The notes under the pieces were generated by a model. That model saw nothing but the letters and a program-made list of their open reading frames with translations. It did no database searches and was not told the DNA's origin. Both the position numbers and the translations under genes were made by a program. Source: an uncultured delta proteobacterium (GTDB lineage Bacteria; Myxococcota; Myxococcia; Myxococcales; Myxococcaceae). Taken from it: a DNA stretch of 64,000 bases. The stretch is taken from contig CAVQKE010000007.1 of NCBI GenBank assembly GCA_963713045.1, positions 512,001 to 576,000 of the forward strand, in the 5' to 3' direction. Of this stretch, positions 49,248 to 59,678 are shown in pieces; position 1 is the first letter of the stretch; every line of letters starts with the position of its first letter.

Positions 49248-52200
49248 TCAAGGAACGAAGGTGTTGGACAGAGCGCCGGCGGTGCCCTCCCCGAGAACGT
49301 GGAAAGCATCGCCGATGGCGACCGAGTCATCGGCCACAATCTCAAGGCTGTAGGTTTTGCCGGACGACAGCACGCCTGGAGGGAGTCGCAGAGAGAGGTC
49401 GCGGGTGGTGAACGAGCCGACGACCGTTCCCAGGGTGGTGACCCCACTGACGTAGAATTGCGTCACCGTCACGGTGTAGCGCGACGGCGTACCGACTGCC
49501 GGCGCGCTCCATGCCACCAACGGGGTCAGACCCACACCCGTCAGGGCCTGCGAGGCATCGGCGCCGTTGAGGGTAATGGCACGCACCGGCGTCAGGGTGG
49601 GGACAACCGGGCCCGAACAGAGCGTGCCCACCGGTGTGATGACTTGCATTCCAGCGTATCTCACTGTGCTTGGGCCCGCCGAGGTCCCCGGAAACGCAAA
49701 TCCGACGTTGGGAAAGTAGCTGATGAAACCGTAAGGAAAGAAGGGGTAGCCGGCGGGGATGCCATACGTCATTTGACCGCTGACTTGGTCGGTGGTGGAT
49801 GACGGTGGGGAAAACGACAAGAAGTCCGCCTGAGGTTGAAAGGGCAAGCCCTGGCTGGTCGGGATGCTCGAGCCCTCCACGTTGACGCCGTATTGAATGC
49901 CGGCGTTGGTAAAGCCACCGGCTGGAATCTGAGTCGCAGCAACAAATTGTGACAGCCGAAAGTCGCAATTCAGGGTTTGGTTTTGGTTAACAGTAACCAT
50001 CGGCCCCGCCACGCTGACGTTCTGTCCGTCGCTCAGGTTGAATGGCGCGGGCTCAAAGTAGCTAGACAGCGACAGGTAGAACACGCCGGTGGATGTCTGT
50101 TGCAGGCTAAGTTGCGCGATGACGACGACGTCTCCCTTGGACCCTTCGATGGTGTTGGCCGCGCCGCAAGGCGAGTTCTTGACCGAGAAGACGCCCCCGT
50201 TGAGGAAGGTCGTCCCCGCGGCGGGTGCCGGCGCCGGATTGCAGCCCGCAGGTAAATCGTTGACGAAGTCATTTGCACCGAGGGAAACCGCTTCGAGCAC
50301 GTCGTTGGAATTCCAAGACGTGAGGTTGGTCAGGGTCGCGGTGATGGTGGCGTCGCTGGGGTTTGCGAAGTTAAAGGGGATAACGTCCGCCCGACCGGCG
50401 CCCAGGGTCAGGAGGGGGAGTGTGTCGTCGGGAATCCAGTAGGAGGTTCCCGCACCGAGATTCAATAAGTAGTTACCAGCCGTCGGGAGGCCGGCCACGT
50501 TGAAGTTGCCGTTGTTGAATCCCACACCCTGGATTGGCGAGCCGTAGACACCGGCGTCGAGCAACGACACCGAGATGCTTGCGGTCGAAAGGTCCGGGGT
50601 GATGATGGTCTGCGGAAGGCCGGGCGGCTGGTAGATGGTCATTTCCGAGCCGTTGATGGTGCGGAGCGCGGCTCCACCGTCAGGCCCAGCGTCCGATGGC
50701 CCCCCGCCTGGCAGAGATGCGCCCACCTGAAGCGAGACCGCATATTCATTGAATTCGTCGACCAGGTAGACCTCCGGAAAACTTGCCGCAGACACCAGTC
50801 GGGTGCTGCTGGAGAGAGTGGTGCGCGGGTAGACGTAGAGCCAACGGGGTTGGAGGTTGGGTGCGAAGGCGAGAACGCCCACCCCCAACGTCGCGCCCGA
50901 GAGCAGCACCGCAAAGCTTCCGTCGGCGCCCGAATAGGTGCTCAGGGGCAGGACCGAGGCCAATGTCGCATCTTCGGTGTCATAGAGGCCGGCAATGGGA
51001 GAGATGACGTCCGGAGTGGTGGCGTTGAGTGCCCACAGCTCGAAGGTGGTGTAGGGCGGCGCATTGCTCACCGTGACGACGCGGCCGTCTGCAAGCGCAC
51101 CCACCACTTCCGCTTGAGTGTGCGACGGGCTTCCGAGCGGCGCCATATAGCTGCCGAGAATGGCACTGCCGGCGCCCACCCGAAGGATGGGGTACACCGG
51201 CACCGGCACTCCCGTGATGCTGCAGTTCGAAATCAACTGAACGACGAATGTCCCGTCCCCGACGGAGAGGAGTTTCGAGATGCTCTGAACGGCGCACCCC
51301 GGCGGCTCGGCCGTGGGGCCGAAGCTCACCTTGCCTTGGGTGATGTCGACAAGGTTCCAGCTGCTGCCGCAAACCCCCACATTGGGCGAGAGGTAACGGC
51401 CACCTCCTCCGGCGACGACACCCGGCGTCGGGGGGCCGGTGAAAGTGAGGCCCGACGAAGTCGTCACCTGGTTGAGTTGGGGGTCGAAGCAGGTGAGGCT
51501 CTCAATGCCAGCGTCCGTGGAACATGCCGCCACGGAGTCCTGAAGGCACAACAGGTCATCCACCCGGGTGAGAGGCGCGTTGGCCACCGGAGGCCCCCCG
51601 GTCGCGGTGACGTTTGAAGCGGCTGAGTTGGAAGGCGAAGCGAGAAGCAAATTGGAGCCGTTGCCGGTGAAGTCGAAAAACAGGGTCTGCCCCCGGGCAT
51701 TGAGACCGCGCGCGACGTAGCCCCCGTCCAAACCTCCAGGCAGTTGACTGGTTTGAAACCCGTAAAAGGTGCCGTCGGCCTGCCCCAGAAGGCCGGGAAT
51801 CCAGACCGAAGTGGCGCTTGCCGGGTTGGCGGTGGCCAGGGGGAGGATGAGCCCCCCATCGAAGGCGACTGGCTCGGCGGCCCAGTCAATCGGGCTGGTG
51901 GAAGCCGGCCTCCCGGGAATGTAGCGGTCCCACACCACCCGGGTGAGGTCCACACCCAAGTCCAACTGCGTCCCGTTTCCATTGGCGGCTGTGGCGCTGA
52001 CCAGCAGTCGCACCGTCCTCTCGGTATCGGTCAGGACTTCAATCGGCACCGGCACCCCCGGCGTGTAAGACGTGTTGTCCGTCCCAAGGCCAGGAGCGCT
52101 TTGAAAGAAGACGTTGTACGTCGGCTGCGGTCCGGCCTGCGTCACCGTGACGCTGGTCGCTGGCTGAGAGTCCAGGGTGACGACGGGAAAGGAGCTGAGC

Positions 52201-52718
52201 GCAGTGTTGGACGTCACCTGCACTGTGAAAGGGGCCTTGGGCTGCGCGGAAGGCGGATACTGGATGGATAGAACGGGTCCCACCGTGTTGAAAGCGACTT
52301 CGAGTGCCGCCTGCTGCGGGATGCCTGCGTCGCTTTGCGCTACCACCTGCAGCTGCAAGAGGGGATAGCCGCCGTCCGGGTTGGGTCCGGTGAGGCCTTG
52401 GCACAAACTGAAGTCCACCAGGGCGGCGTAGGGAGGCGCCGTCCAGACTTGGATGGTGCGCGGACCACCGTCCGGTGGCCCGCAGAGGACCGAAACATCG
52501 GTGATTCCGTAGACGGAGGCCGCTGTCACGGACACCTGAGAGGAAAGGCCAATGACGTCCCCCGGCTTGGGAGTTACGACGGTGAGGTAGGGTGGAGGCG
52601 GGGTTGGCGGGACGGTCGGCAAGTCCAGGTTGAGGCAGCCAGTGCCGAGCAGCAGAAGAAGGGACGGCATGACAGCTGCTCGGCGCAGGCCCTCGTCATT
52701 TCCTGGGCGGACTGCCAT
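49248..52718 (-). CDS. Large (about 1150 aa) two-module surface lipoprotein
   Basis: GGAGG before ATG 52718; 'LLLLLGTGC' lipobox; Ig-like/beta-rich N-module, 'GGGPSDAGPDGG' linker, beta-rich C-module ending 'WSAPAVGTPSRY' (FN3-like). Confidence 0.8.
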   Translation of the reverse strand: MAVRPGNDEGLRRAAVMPSLLLLLGTGCLNLDLPTVPPTPPPPYLTVVTPKPGDVIGLSSQVSVTAASVYGITDVSVLCGPPDGGPRTIQVWTAPPYAALVDFSLCQGLTGPNPDGGYPLLQLQVVAQSDAGIPQQAALEVAFNTVGPVLSIQYPPSAQPKAPFTVQVTSNTALSSFPVVTLDSQPATSVTVTQAGPQPTYNVFFQSAPGLGTDNTSYTPGVPVPIEVLTDTERTVRLLVSATAANGNGTQLDLGVDLTRVVWDRYIPGRPASTSPIDWAAEPVAFDGGLILPLATANPASATSVWIPGLLGQADGTFYGFQTSQLPGGLDGGYVARGLNARGQTLFFDFTGNGSNLLLASPSNSAASNVTATGGPPVANAPLTRVDDLLCLQDSVAACSTDAGIESLTCFDPQLNQVTTSSGLTFTGPPTPGVVAGGGGRYLSPNVGVCGSSWNLVDITQGKVSFGPTAEPPGCAVQSISKLLSVGDGTFVVQLISNCSITGVPVPVYPILRVGAGSAILGSYMAPLGSPSHTQAEVVGALADGRVVTVSNAPPYTTFELWALNATTPDVISPIAGLYDTEDATLASVLPLSTYSGADGSFAVLLSGATLGVGVLAFAPNLQPRWLYVYPRTTLSSSTRLVSAASFPEVYLVDEFNEYAVSLQVGASLPGGGPSDAGPDGGAALRTINGSEMTIYQPPGLPQTIITPDLSTASISVSLLDAGVYGSPIQGVGFNNGNFNVAGLPTAGNYLLNLGAGTSYWIPDDTLPLLTLGAGRADVIPFNFANPSDATITATLTNLTSWNSNDVLEAVSLGANDFVNDLPAGCNPAPAPAAGTTFLNGGVFSVKNSPCGAANTIEGSKGDVVVIAQLSLQQTSTGVFYLSLSSYFEPAPFNLSDGQNVSVAGPMVTVNQNQTLNCDFRLSQFVAATQIPAGGFTNAGIQYGVNVEGSSIPTSQGLPFQPQADFLSFSPPSSTTDQVSGQMTYGIPAGYPFFPYGFISYFPNVGFAFPGTSAGPSTVRYAGMQVITPVGTLCSGPVVPTLTPVRAITLNGADASQALTGVGLTPLVAWSAPAVGTPSRYTVTVTQFYVSGVTTLGTVVGSFTTRDLSLRLPPGVLSSGKTYSLEIVADDSVAIGDAFHVLGEGTAGALSNTFVP

Positions 52719-53204
52719 GCGAACCCCTCCCCGACGAGCTACTGAGGCGACTCTCCCTCTTTCCGCGGCCGATGGGTGCGTCCGTTGTGCGCTGCTTTGC
52801 GAAGGCAAAGCCTCAGTCGCTGCTCCGACGCGCCGCGCGGACCGGAAGCCTTGGGAAACGCCGGCCTCGCTCGGCTCAGACCTCCGCTTCGGGCTCAAAA
52901 TCCGAAACCCCCTCCTAAGCTCCCAACATTACGGGAGCTTTTGTCCTTTGGATGCCAGACAATTCGTGGACTGAACCTCAGGCCCCAGAATCATAGCAGT
53001 CGTGACCTCCAAGGAGTGCTGACTGCGCGCACCCTGGGCATCTCGACGGCCGGTCGCCGCTGCCAGAGTGGAGCCTTGGAGCCCAGGGTTCACACCGTTG
53101 CCACTGTCCACCAGTCGTGCAGCCTGCTGTCGGGAGTACTTTCTGGCTTCACGCCGCAGTAGGAAGCCGTCCTCGAAGGCCACCAAGCTCCGAGGAGTCG
53201 TCGA

Positions 53205-54353
53205 ATGCCCTTACGCTTGCCTCTTCTGGTGCTGCTTCTGGGCGCCCCTGCAATCGCCGACATCAAAGTGGGGGTCTATGGCCCGTACAGCGGCGGCTCG
53301 GCCAACGGGGGGCTCTCCATGCGCAATGGGGTGGAAATCGCCGCAGACGAAATCAACAAAGCTGGGGGCATTCTCGGGCAGACGGTGGTGCTGGTGCTTC
53401 GCGATGACGAGGCCAAAAACGAGCGCGGCGCTCAAATCATGCAGGAGTTCCTCAACAAGGAAAAAGTGGTGGCCGTCCTCGGCCCGTTGAATACCGGGGT
53501 GGCGGACAACTCCACCCGCTACGCCAACGAACAAAAAGTGCCGGTCATCATCAACGGCTCGTCCGGGGCCAAGGTCAATGAATACTTCGGGCCGGGTGTT
53601 GAAAACTACGTCTTCCGCCTGGCCGCGTCCGACTTCCTGCAAACCGAGCTGTTGGTTCACGAAGCCATCGACGTGCGGAGATACACGAGGCCCGCGCTCA
53701 TCTGCGACGACACCAACTACGGACAGGGCGGGTGCACGAAGCTGAAAGCGGCACTGGCCAAGCGGAATATGACCCCAGTCAGTGTCGGAAAATTCAAAAT
53801 TAAAGACACCGACATGACTCCTCAGGTCCAAGAAGCCAGGGCGGCAGGCGGAGATGTGCTGTTGGTTTTTGGCATCGGGCCAGAGCTCGCTGCGTTGGCG
53901 AACTCGCTCGATCGAGTGGGCTGGAGGGTGGACTTGCTCGGCGGCTGGAGCCTCTCGATGGAGTCTTTCATCAAGAATGCGGGAAGGAACGGCAATGGGG
54001 CCACGATGCCGCTCACCTTCATGGAAAGCGACGTCCGCAATGAGCGGCAGCGCGTCTTCGTTGAGACCTACCACCTCAAGTACAAACAGAACCCAATCAG
54101 CCTGCCCCCCGCCGCCGCTCAGGGCTACGACTCGCTTTACCTTTTAAAGGCAGCCATCGAGCAGGCGAAGAGTACCGACGGTCCAAAGATTAAAGAGGCG
54201 CTGGAGCACCTCCAGTTGCCCTTTGAGGGCCTCATCGGCAACTACGGACGCCCCTTCACGCCTGAAGACCATGAGGCGGTGACCGCGCACATGATGAAGT
54301 TGGGGGTCGTTTTCGACGGAACGGTCATCCCGCAGGCCGCCTACAAAAAATAA
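53205..54353 (+). CDS. Branched-chain amino-acid-type ABC substrate-binding protein, orphan
   Basis: RBS GAGGAG; 'IKVGVYGPYSG', 'EINKAGGILG', 'RDDE', 'NYVFR', 'AAQGYD'. Confidence 0.92.
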   Translation: MPLRLPLLVLLLGAPAIADIKVGVYGPYSGGSANGGLSMRNGVEIAADEINKAGGILGQTVVLVLRDDEAKNERGAQIMQEFLNKEKVVAVLGPLNTGVADNSTRYANEQKVPVIINGSSGAKVNEYFGPGVENYVFRLAASDFLQTELLVHEAIDVRRYTRPALICDDTNYGQGGCTKLKAALAKRNMTPVSVGKFKIKDTDMTPQVQEARAAGGDVLLVFGIGPELAALANSLDRVGWRVDLLGGWSLSMESFIKNAGRNGNGATMPLTFMESDVRNERQRVFVETYHLKYKQNPISLPPAAAQGYDSLYLLKAAIEQAKSTDGPKIKEALEHLQLPFEGLIGNYGRPFTPEDHEAVTAHMMKLGVVFDGTVIPQAAYKK

Positions 54354-54401
54354 GGGCCACCGCGCGCCGAGACGGGCCCTTCACGGGCAGGGACTTCGGC
54401 T

Positions 54402-55408
54402 TCATTCCGCCAAGTCGAAGCTGAGCTCGCCCAGCTTCTCGACGCTGCAGGCAATCTTATCGCCGGCCTTGAGCCAAACCTGCTGTGCCTCGGGCTTGCC
54501 GAGAATGACGCCCTCGGGCGTTCCAGTGGAAATGAGGTCCCCGGGAACCAAGGTGAAGACTTGTGAGGCGTAGCTGATGATTTGTGCACAGCTGAAAATC
54601 ATGTCGCTGGTGTTGGAGGATTGGCGCTGCTCGCCGTTGACGCGGCACTCGATGGCCAGCTTCTGGGGGTCGGCCACCAGGTCCGCACCCACCAGCCAAG
54701 GTCCCACCGGCAAGAACCCGTCCGACGTCTTCCCGAGCATGAATTGCGACGCCTTTCCGTCGCGAAACTGAAGGTCTCGCGCGGAGAAGTCATTCCCAGT
54801 GGCATAGCCGAAGACGTGACCCAGTGCTTCGGCTTCGCTCACCTGGTGCGCCATCTTGCCGATGACGACTTGGAGCTCGACTTCGTAGTCGAATTTCTTC
54901 GCGACCTGGGTCGGAGCTTGATGGTTCCTCCGTGTCCAGAAAGCGCGTTGTTGTATTTGTTGAAGAGAACCGGCGCAGTCGGCAGGGGCGTCCCCGTCTC
55001 CTTCGCGTGACGACGGTAGTTGAAGCCCAGCATGATGATTTTCTGGGGGGCCGTGAGGCAGGGGCCGAAATGCGCCTCGCCCTCCTGCAGGAAGACCCCT
55101 TTCATGGACGCGGCGGACTGGAAGACCTTCTGCAACCCGTCGAGATTTCGGCCGGCGATGACGTCGTCGGTGGTGGCCGGGACTCGAATTCGCTTCAACT
55201 TCCCCGCTTTTGCAACATCGAGGATGCGGTCGCCCTGTTTGACGCCGAGGCCCAAGCCGCTGGGGGTCTGCAGCATGCAGTAACTTAGAGAACGCGGCGC
55301 GAGCATTGAAGTGGCCTGTCCCCCGGCCGTCCCCGCCCGTGGCAAGAGCAGCGCGCTCGCGGCGGCGGCTCCCGCCGTCTGAAGAAGCTTGCGTCGTGTG
55401 GTGGCCAT
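54402..55408 (-). CDS. Fumarylacetoacetate hydrolase family protein with Tat leader, frameshifted near 54913
   Basis: 'MATTRRKLLQ'; 'KIIMLGFNY..H', 'PVLFNK', then in another frame 'FDYEVEL', 'GNDFSARDLQ', 'GKT', 'GDLISTGTPEG'. One added C in ctc-c(c)g-acc restores the frame. Confidence 0.88.
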
Positions 55409-55496
55409 GGCGCCTCCCAGAAAGGGCAAATAGCGTACCCCAGCCCGGTCCGGCGAATTCCCTTGGGTTGGCAAGCCGAAGTGCCCGGACGGAGTG

Positions 55497-57066
55497 TCAC
55501 GACTCCTCGGGCAGCTCCGGCCTTGGCACCGTGACCCACTTCGCCAGGACGAAGCACACTGCCATCACCGCGTAGCCAGCGACCCACGGCCAGGCGGGAC
55601 TCAGCGAAAGGACCGTGTCCGCCGGCGTCCAACGGTAGGAATGCATGAGGCCGAGCGCCGACAGCACCGCTCCACCCAGGCACCAGGCGCCCGCCTGGAC
55701 AAAGCGCCTCTCGATGACAGCCACGGTGGCAGCTGCGAGGAGCATGCTGCTGAGGATGAAGCCCTGCTCCAGCCGCAGCGCGCCGTCGAGCCAGATGTCG
55801 GCCTGCTCGAACTCTCGGAGAAGGGCCGGTGAAAACGGCCGGCCGCTCGGCACGCCCATCCCAGCGGCATGTAAACCCGCTTTGGCCATGTAGGCGCCCC
55901 AGCCAGCGATGCTTGGCAGCAGCCCGACCACCACTTCGCGGGGGCGTGCCGCCGGGGCGTTGCCTGGAAAGCTTGCGCGGCGATGACGATGCCAATCCAA
56001 AGGACAATGGCCATTCCAGCGTCGATGGGCACCGCCCAGGCAATCCAGCCCACCGTCCCGGTAAAGCAGATGAGGCTCATGAACGCGCCGTTGAGGACCG
56101 AATACCCGGCGCGCGCCCCCATCGCCTTCCAACCGGGGTGGCCAATGTAGAGCGTCGTCGGAAAGCAGGAGCCGAAGGCACAAGCCGCTAGGGTGCCGAG
56201 CCCGTTCACCGCCAGCGAACTGCGGACGGGGTATACGTCTCCGGCGGCGCGCGCGGACTCGATGTTTTGCAACGAGCCGATGGTGGCAAACAGTCCCATC
56301 GGGAGAATGACGGAGAAATAGGCGAGCAGGTAGTGGCTGGAGAGGGCCGTCAGGAGTCCGCCCACGACGGGAAATGGCAGATGGAGCGCTGGGGGCGGCG
56401 GAGTGGGGCCGGTCGGGGCCAAGCCGGTGAGCCACGCAAACGCCACTCCAAGGGCCACCGCCACGAAGCCTCCCGGTAGTCCCCCGCGGAAAGACACCCG
56501 GCCGAAGTAGACGACGAAGATGACGGCCAGGGTGCCAAGGCCAATCACCGGCCGTGTGTAGGTGCGAAACAGAAAGCTGATGGCGATGAAAGTCAGCGCA
56601 ATGCCGGCCAGCGTCGAGAGCAAGGCGGCTCGAGGGGTCGACTTTCGAATGCGTTCGGCAACGGTGTCCCGAGAAGCTCAATCATGCCCGAACCGAAGCA
56701 GGCCACCAGCCCCGCGTGCCAGGCGACGCGAGCCGGGTCAGGCTCCCCCAGTGACTGCGCCGCGAGTTTGGCCGGTAGCATCACCAGGAAGACGTAAGCG
56801 AAGAGCGACACCGTGTTGATGCCGTAGGGCAGCGCGCACACGTCCACCCGGCCGGTGGCGCGGCCCAGCGCCCTCGCTTGCCACGCATAAAAGACGTTGC
56901 CGACCAGGAGCGAGACGGCGGCTCCAGGCAGCACCCGGCCAAACACCAGCGCGTCGGGGAAGCCGAGCACGGTCCGGCACAAGGCAGACAGCACCAGGAG
57001 CTGGACGAGATTGTCCAGCGCCAGGCCAAAAAAGCCATCGACATCTCCCCGGACAAACCACCGCAT
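55497..57066 (-). CDS. NCS2/AzgA-like nucleobase permease, two frameshifts (about 56665 and 55935)
   Basis: 'MRWFVRGDVDGFFGLALDN', 'ALPYGINT', 'TPRAALLSTLAG', 'QNIESARAAGD', 'PTTLYIGHPGWK' spread over three consecutive ORFs. Confidence 0.85.
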
Positions 57067-57195
57067 CTGCGCCCGGGGCGAGGCGCCAGAGCTCACGCTG
57101 GCGCTTTGCATGCGAGCATGCGGGCGAACATGGCATGCCGGGTTTGACGTTGCCCGGCCTCGCCGAGGAGGGCCTAGCGGGGGGTGGTGCTTACC

Positions 57196-57777
57196 TCAGC
57201 TTCGGTCCGCGTCCACCAACGCTTCGATTTTGGCCATCGCGTCGTCGAGTACGGCACGGACCTTTTTCATGACGGCCGGGCTGAGGCGTCCGTGGCGCGC
57301 GGAGTGTCGAAAGACTTTGAAGAGGCGGGTCGCGTGCTTGATGAGGTCCCCCAGCTCTTCGGCGTACTCCTCCCAGCTGCCGGCCCCAGACCGTTCATAG
57401 AAGTCGTCCACCTCGTCTCGATGGGCCTCGAGGTCGCGCTGACCTTCGGCCGTGATGGCGTACACCTTGCGCCCCTCGCGCTCCTCCACGCGCGCATGGC
57501 CGAGTTCCTCCAGCAATTGCAGGGTGGGGTAAATGACTCCGGGGCTCGGCCGGTATGTCCGCCCGCTCCGCTCTTCGATGGCCTGCATAATCTCGTAGCC
57601 ATGGCGGGCTTGCTTCTCAATGGCGTCGAGGACGAGGTACCGCACCGCCCCGCGGTCCGCCCGGGGCGGAGGCCCGCCGAAGACGTCCCAGAAGTCCGGC
57701 CGTCCCCCGTGGTGTCTCCGGCCGCGAAAAGCCGACCCCATGAAATGGCGCTCCCAGTCCCAGTGTCCCTCGTGCAT
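57196..57777 (-). CDS. PadR family transcriptional regulator
   Basis: RBS GGAGG, ATG 57777; 'HGYEIMQAIEERSG..YRPSPGVIYPTLQLLEE', 'KVYAITAEG'. Confidence 0.93.
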   Translation of the reverse strand: MHEGHWDWERHFMGSAFRGRRHHGGRPDFWDVFGGPPPRADRGAVRYLVLDAIEKQARHGYEIMQAIEERSGRTYRPSPGVIYPTLQLLEELGHARVEEREGRKVYAITAEGQRDLEAHRDEVDDFYERSGAGSWEEYAEELGDLIKHATRLFKVFRHSARHGRLSPAVMKKVRAVLDDAMAKIEALVDADRS

Positions 57778-58034
57778 GTGCTTCCTCCAGCCGACACTGA
57801 AAAGATGTGTCGTTAAGTTATATCTACAGATAGCTCCGTTCGAGCTTGGGTGCAAGCGAATGCGCCGAGACGTCCTGGGGGCGCGCGAGCCGTCGTGCTT
57901 CCGGGCGCTTGGTCCGCGCTCCAAGAGTCAGCTCCACGTCGACGGGTCGTCCCCGGCGCCGCGTCATGACGCCTTGCGGCGGCGGGGCGGCCCAGACGGC
58001 GGGCGAAGGCTGGACTACCGTCCTCGCCGTGCCC

Positions 58035-59678
58035 GTGAGGCTGCTGCAGCCGACCCCTCCCCCGTACGACCCGCTCCTCTGGGTGAGGAAGCCGCTCGAG
58101 GAACGGGCGCGGATGGTCTGCCAGGCCTGGGCCATTCAAGGCTATGGGACGCCCCTCGGCGCGTACGCCATCCATGCAGTCAAAGTCCTCCTCTATGTCG
58201 GAGCGTGGGTTTTCTTCTGCGCCTTGACGCCCGGGCTCGGTGGCCTCACGTCCATCGGCCGATGGTGGCTGGCCCCGGTGGCATTCCAGAAGGCCATCCT
58301 GTGGAGCATGCTTTTCGAGGGCCTCGGCCTTGGCTGCGGGAGCGGCCCGTTGACGGGTCGCTATTTCCCGCCCTTCGGCGGCTTCCTCTATTTCCTTCGG
58401 CCGGGCACCACCAAGCTGCCGTTGTTTCCGGGCCTGCCGCTACTCGGCGGCACGCGACGAAGTTGGCTGGACGTCGCACTCTACGCGGCGCTGCTGGTCG
58501 CGCTGGTGCGGGCCCTCGTTGGCCCGACGGTTGACTCGGCGGTCCTCCTCCCGGTGGTGCTGCTGGTGGCGGTCCTGGGGCTTGCGGACAAAACCATTTT
58601 TCTTGCCCTGCGCGCCGAGCACTACTGGACCACCACGGTGTGTTTCGCCTTCGCCACCCAGTGGATTGCCGGCGCCAAGGCGGTGCAGTTGGCGCTGTGG
58701 TTCTGGGCCGGGTTCTCCAAACTCAACCATCACTTCCCGGCGGTCGTCTGTGTCATGACGAGCAACAGCCCCTTTCTGCGGTTTGAGTGGTTGCGGCGAA
58801 GGATGTATCGCCACTACCCGGACGACTTGCGGCCTTCCCGCCTCGCGGAATGGATGGCGCACGCCGGGACGGCGCTCGAGTTGGGCGTCCCGGTCATCTT
58901 CCTTTTTTCGCCGGGTGGCCCGTCCCTGGTGGTGGGCATGGTGCTGATGCTGTTGCTTCACGCCTACATCACCAGCAATGTGCCGATGGGCGTGCCCGTC
59001 GAGTGGAACTTCATGGTGGTCTATGGCGCCTTCGCGTTGTTCTGGGCTCACCCCAACGTCACCCTGGCGGCCCTCGGTCCGCCGTGGCTGACGGTTTTTC
59101 TTGCCGTCATGCTCATCGGCCTGCCGCTGGCCGGGAACCTTTTCCCAGACCGCTTCTCCTTCCTCCTCGCGATGCGCTACTACGCCGGCAATTGGGCGTA
59201 CGGCGTCTGGCTTTTCCGCGGCGACAGCTACCGCAAACTCGACCGCTTGACGAAGAGCGCCGGCTGGGTGTTCGACCAGCTGGACCGCTTCTATGACAAG
59301 CCCACTGCCGTCGGCCTGTTTGGAAAGGTGATGAGTTTTCGGATGATGCACCTCCACGGACGCGCCTTGCCGGTCCTGTTGCCGAGGGCAGTGGAGCGCT
59401 TTGAGGACTACGAATACGTGGAGGGCGAGGTCATCGCTGGGCTGGTGTTGGGCTGGAACTTCGGCGACGGGCATCTGCACCGCGAATCCCTGCTTCGTGC
59501 CGTTCAAGAGCAGTGTGGGTTTGCCGCGGGGGAACTCCGCTGCATCTTCGTCGAATCGCAGCCTCTCGGACGTTCGACTTTGGGGTTCCGCATTCTCGAC
59601 GCGAAGATGGGCCTACTCGAAGCGGGCACGCTCGATGTCCGCGAGCTGCGGCAGCGCCAACCGTGGGCGGCGGCTTGA
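58035..59678 (+). CDS. DUF3556 family integral membrane protein
   Basis: 'QGYGTP', 'FEGLGLGCGSGPLTGR', 'RPGTTKLP', 'DKTIFLALRAEHY', 'SKLNHHF', 'PMGVPVEWN', 'MRYYAGNW', 'GWNFGDGHLH'. Confidence 0.88.
   Translation: MRLLQPTPPPYDPLLWVRKPLEERARMVCQAWAIQGYGTPLGAYAIHAVKVLLYVGAWVFFCALTPGLGGLTSIGRWWLAPVAFQKAILWSMLFEGLGLGCGSGPLTGRYFPPFGGFLYFLRPGTTKLPLFPGLPLLGGTRRSWLDVALYAALLVALVRALVGPTVDSAVLLPVVLLVAVLGLADKTIFLALRAEHYWTTTVCFAFATQWIAGAKAVQLALWFWAGFSKLNHHFPAVVCVMTSNSPFLRFEWLRRRMYRHYPDDLRPSRLAEWMAHAGTALELGVPVIFLFSPGGPSLVVGMVLMLLLHAYITSNVPMGVPVEWNFMVVYGAFALFWAHPNVTLAALGPPWLTVFLAVMLIGLPLAGNLFPDRFSFLLAMRYYAGNWAYGVWLFRGDSYRKLDRLTKSAGWVFDQLDRFYDKPTAVGLFGKVMSFRMMHLHGRALPVLLPRAVERFEDYEYVEGEVIAGLVLGWNFGDGHLHRESLLRAVQEQCGFAAGELRCIFVESQPLGRSTLGFRILDAKMGLLEAGTLDVRELRQRQPWAAA

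Noticed and set aside
54905..54920. Programmed ribosomal frameshift in the FAH gene
   Set aside because: No slippery sequence or stimulatory structure; a single-base loss in a C run is simpler.
58440..59507. Long antisense ORFs (also 53211-54074, 62533-63468, 50850-51617)
   Set aside because: Shadow frames of real genes, expected in high-GC DNA; no motifs or RBS.
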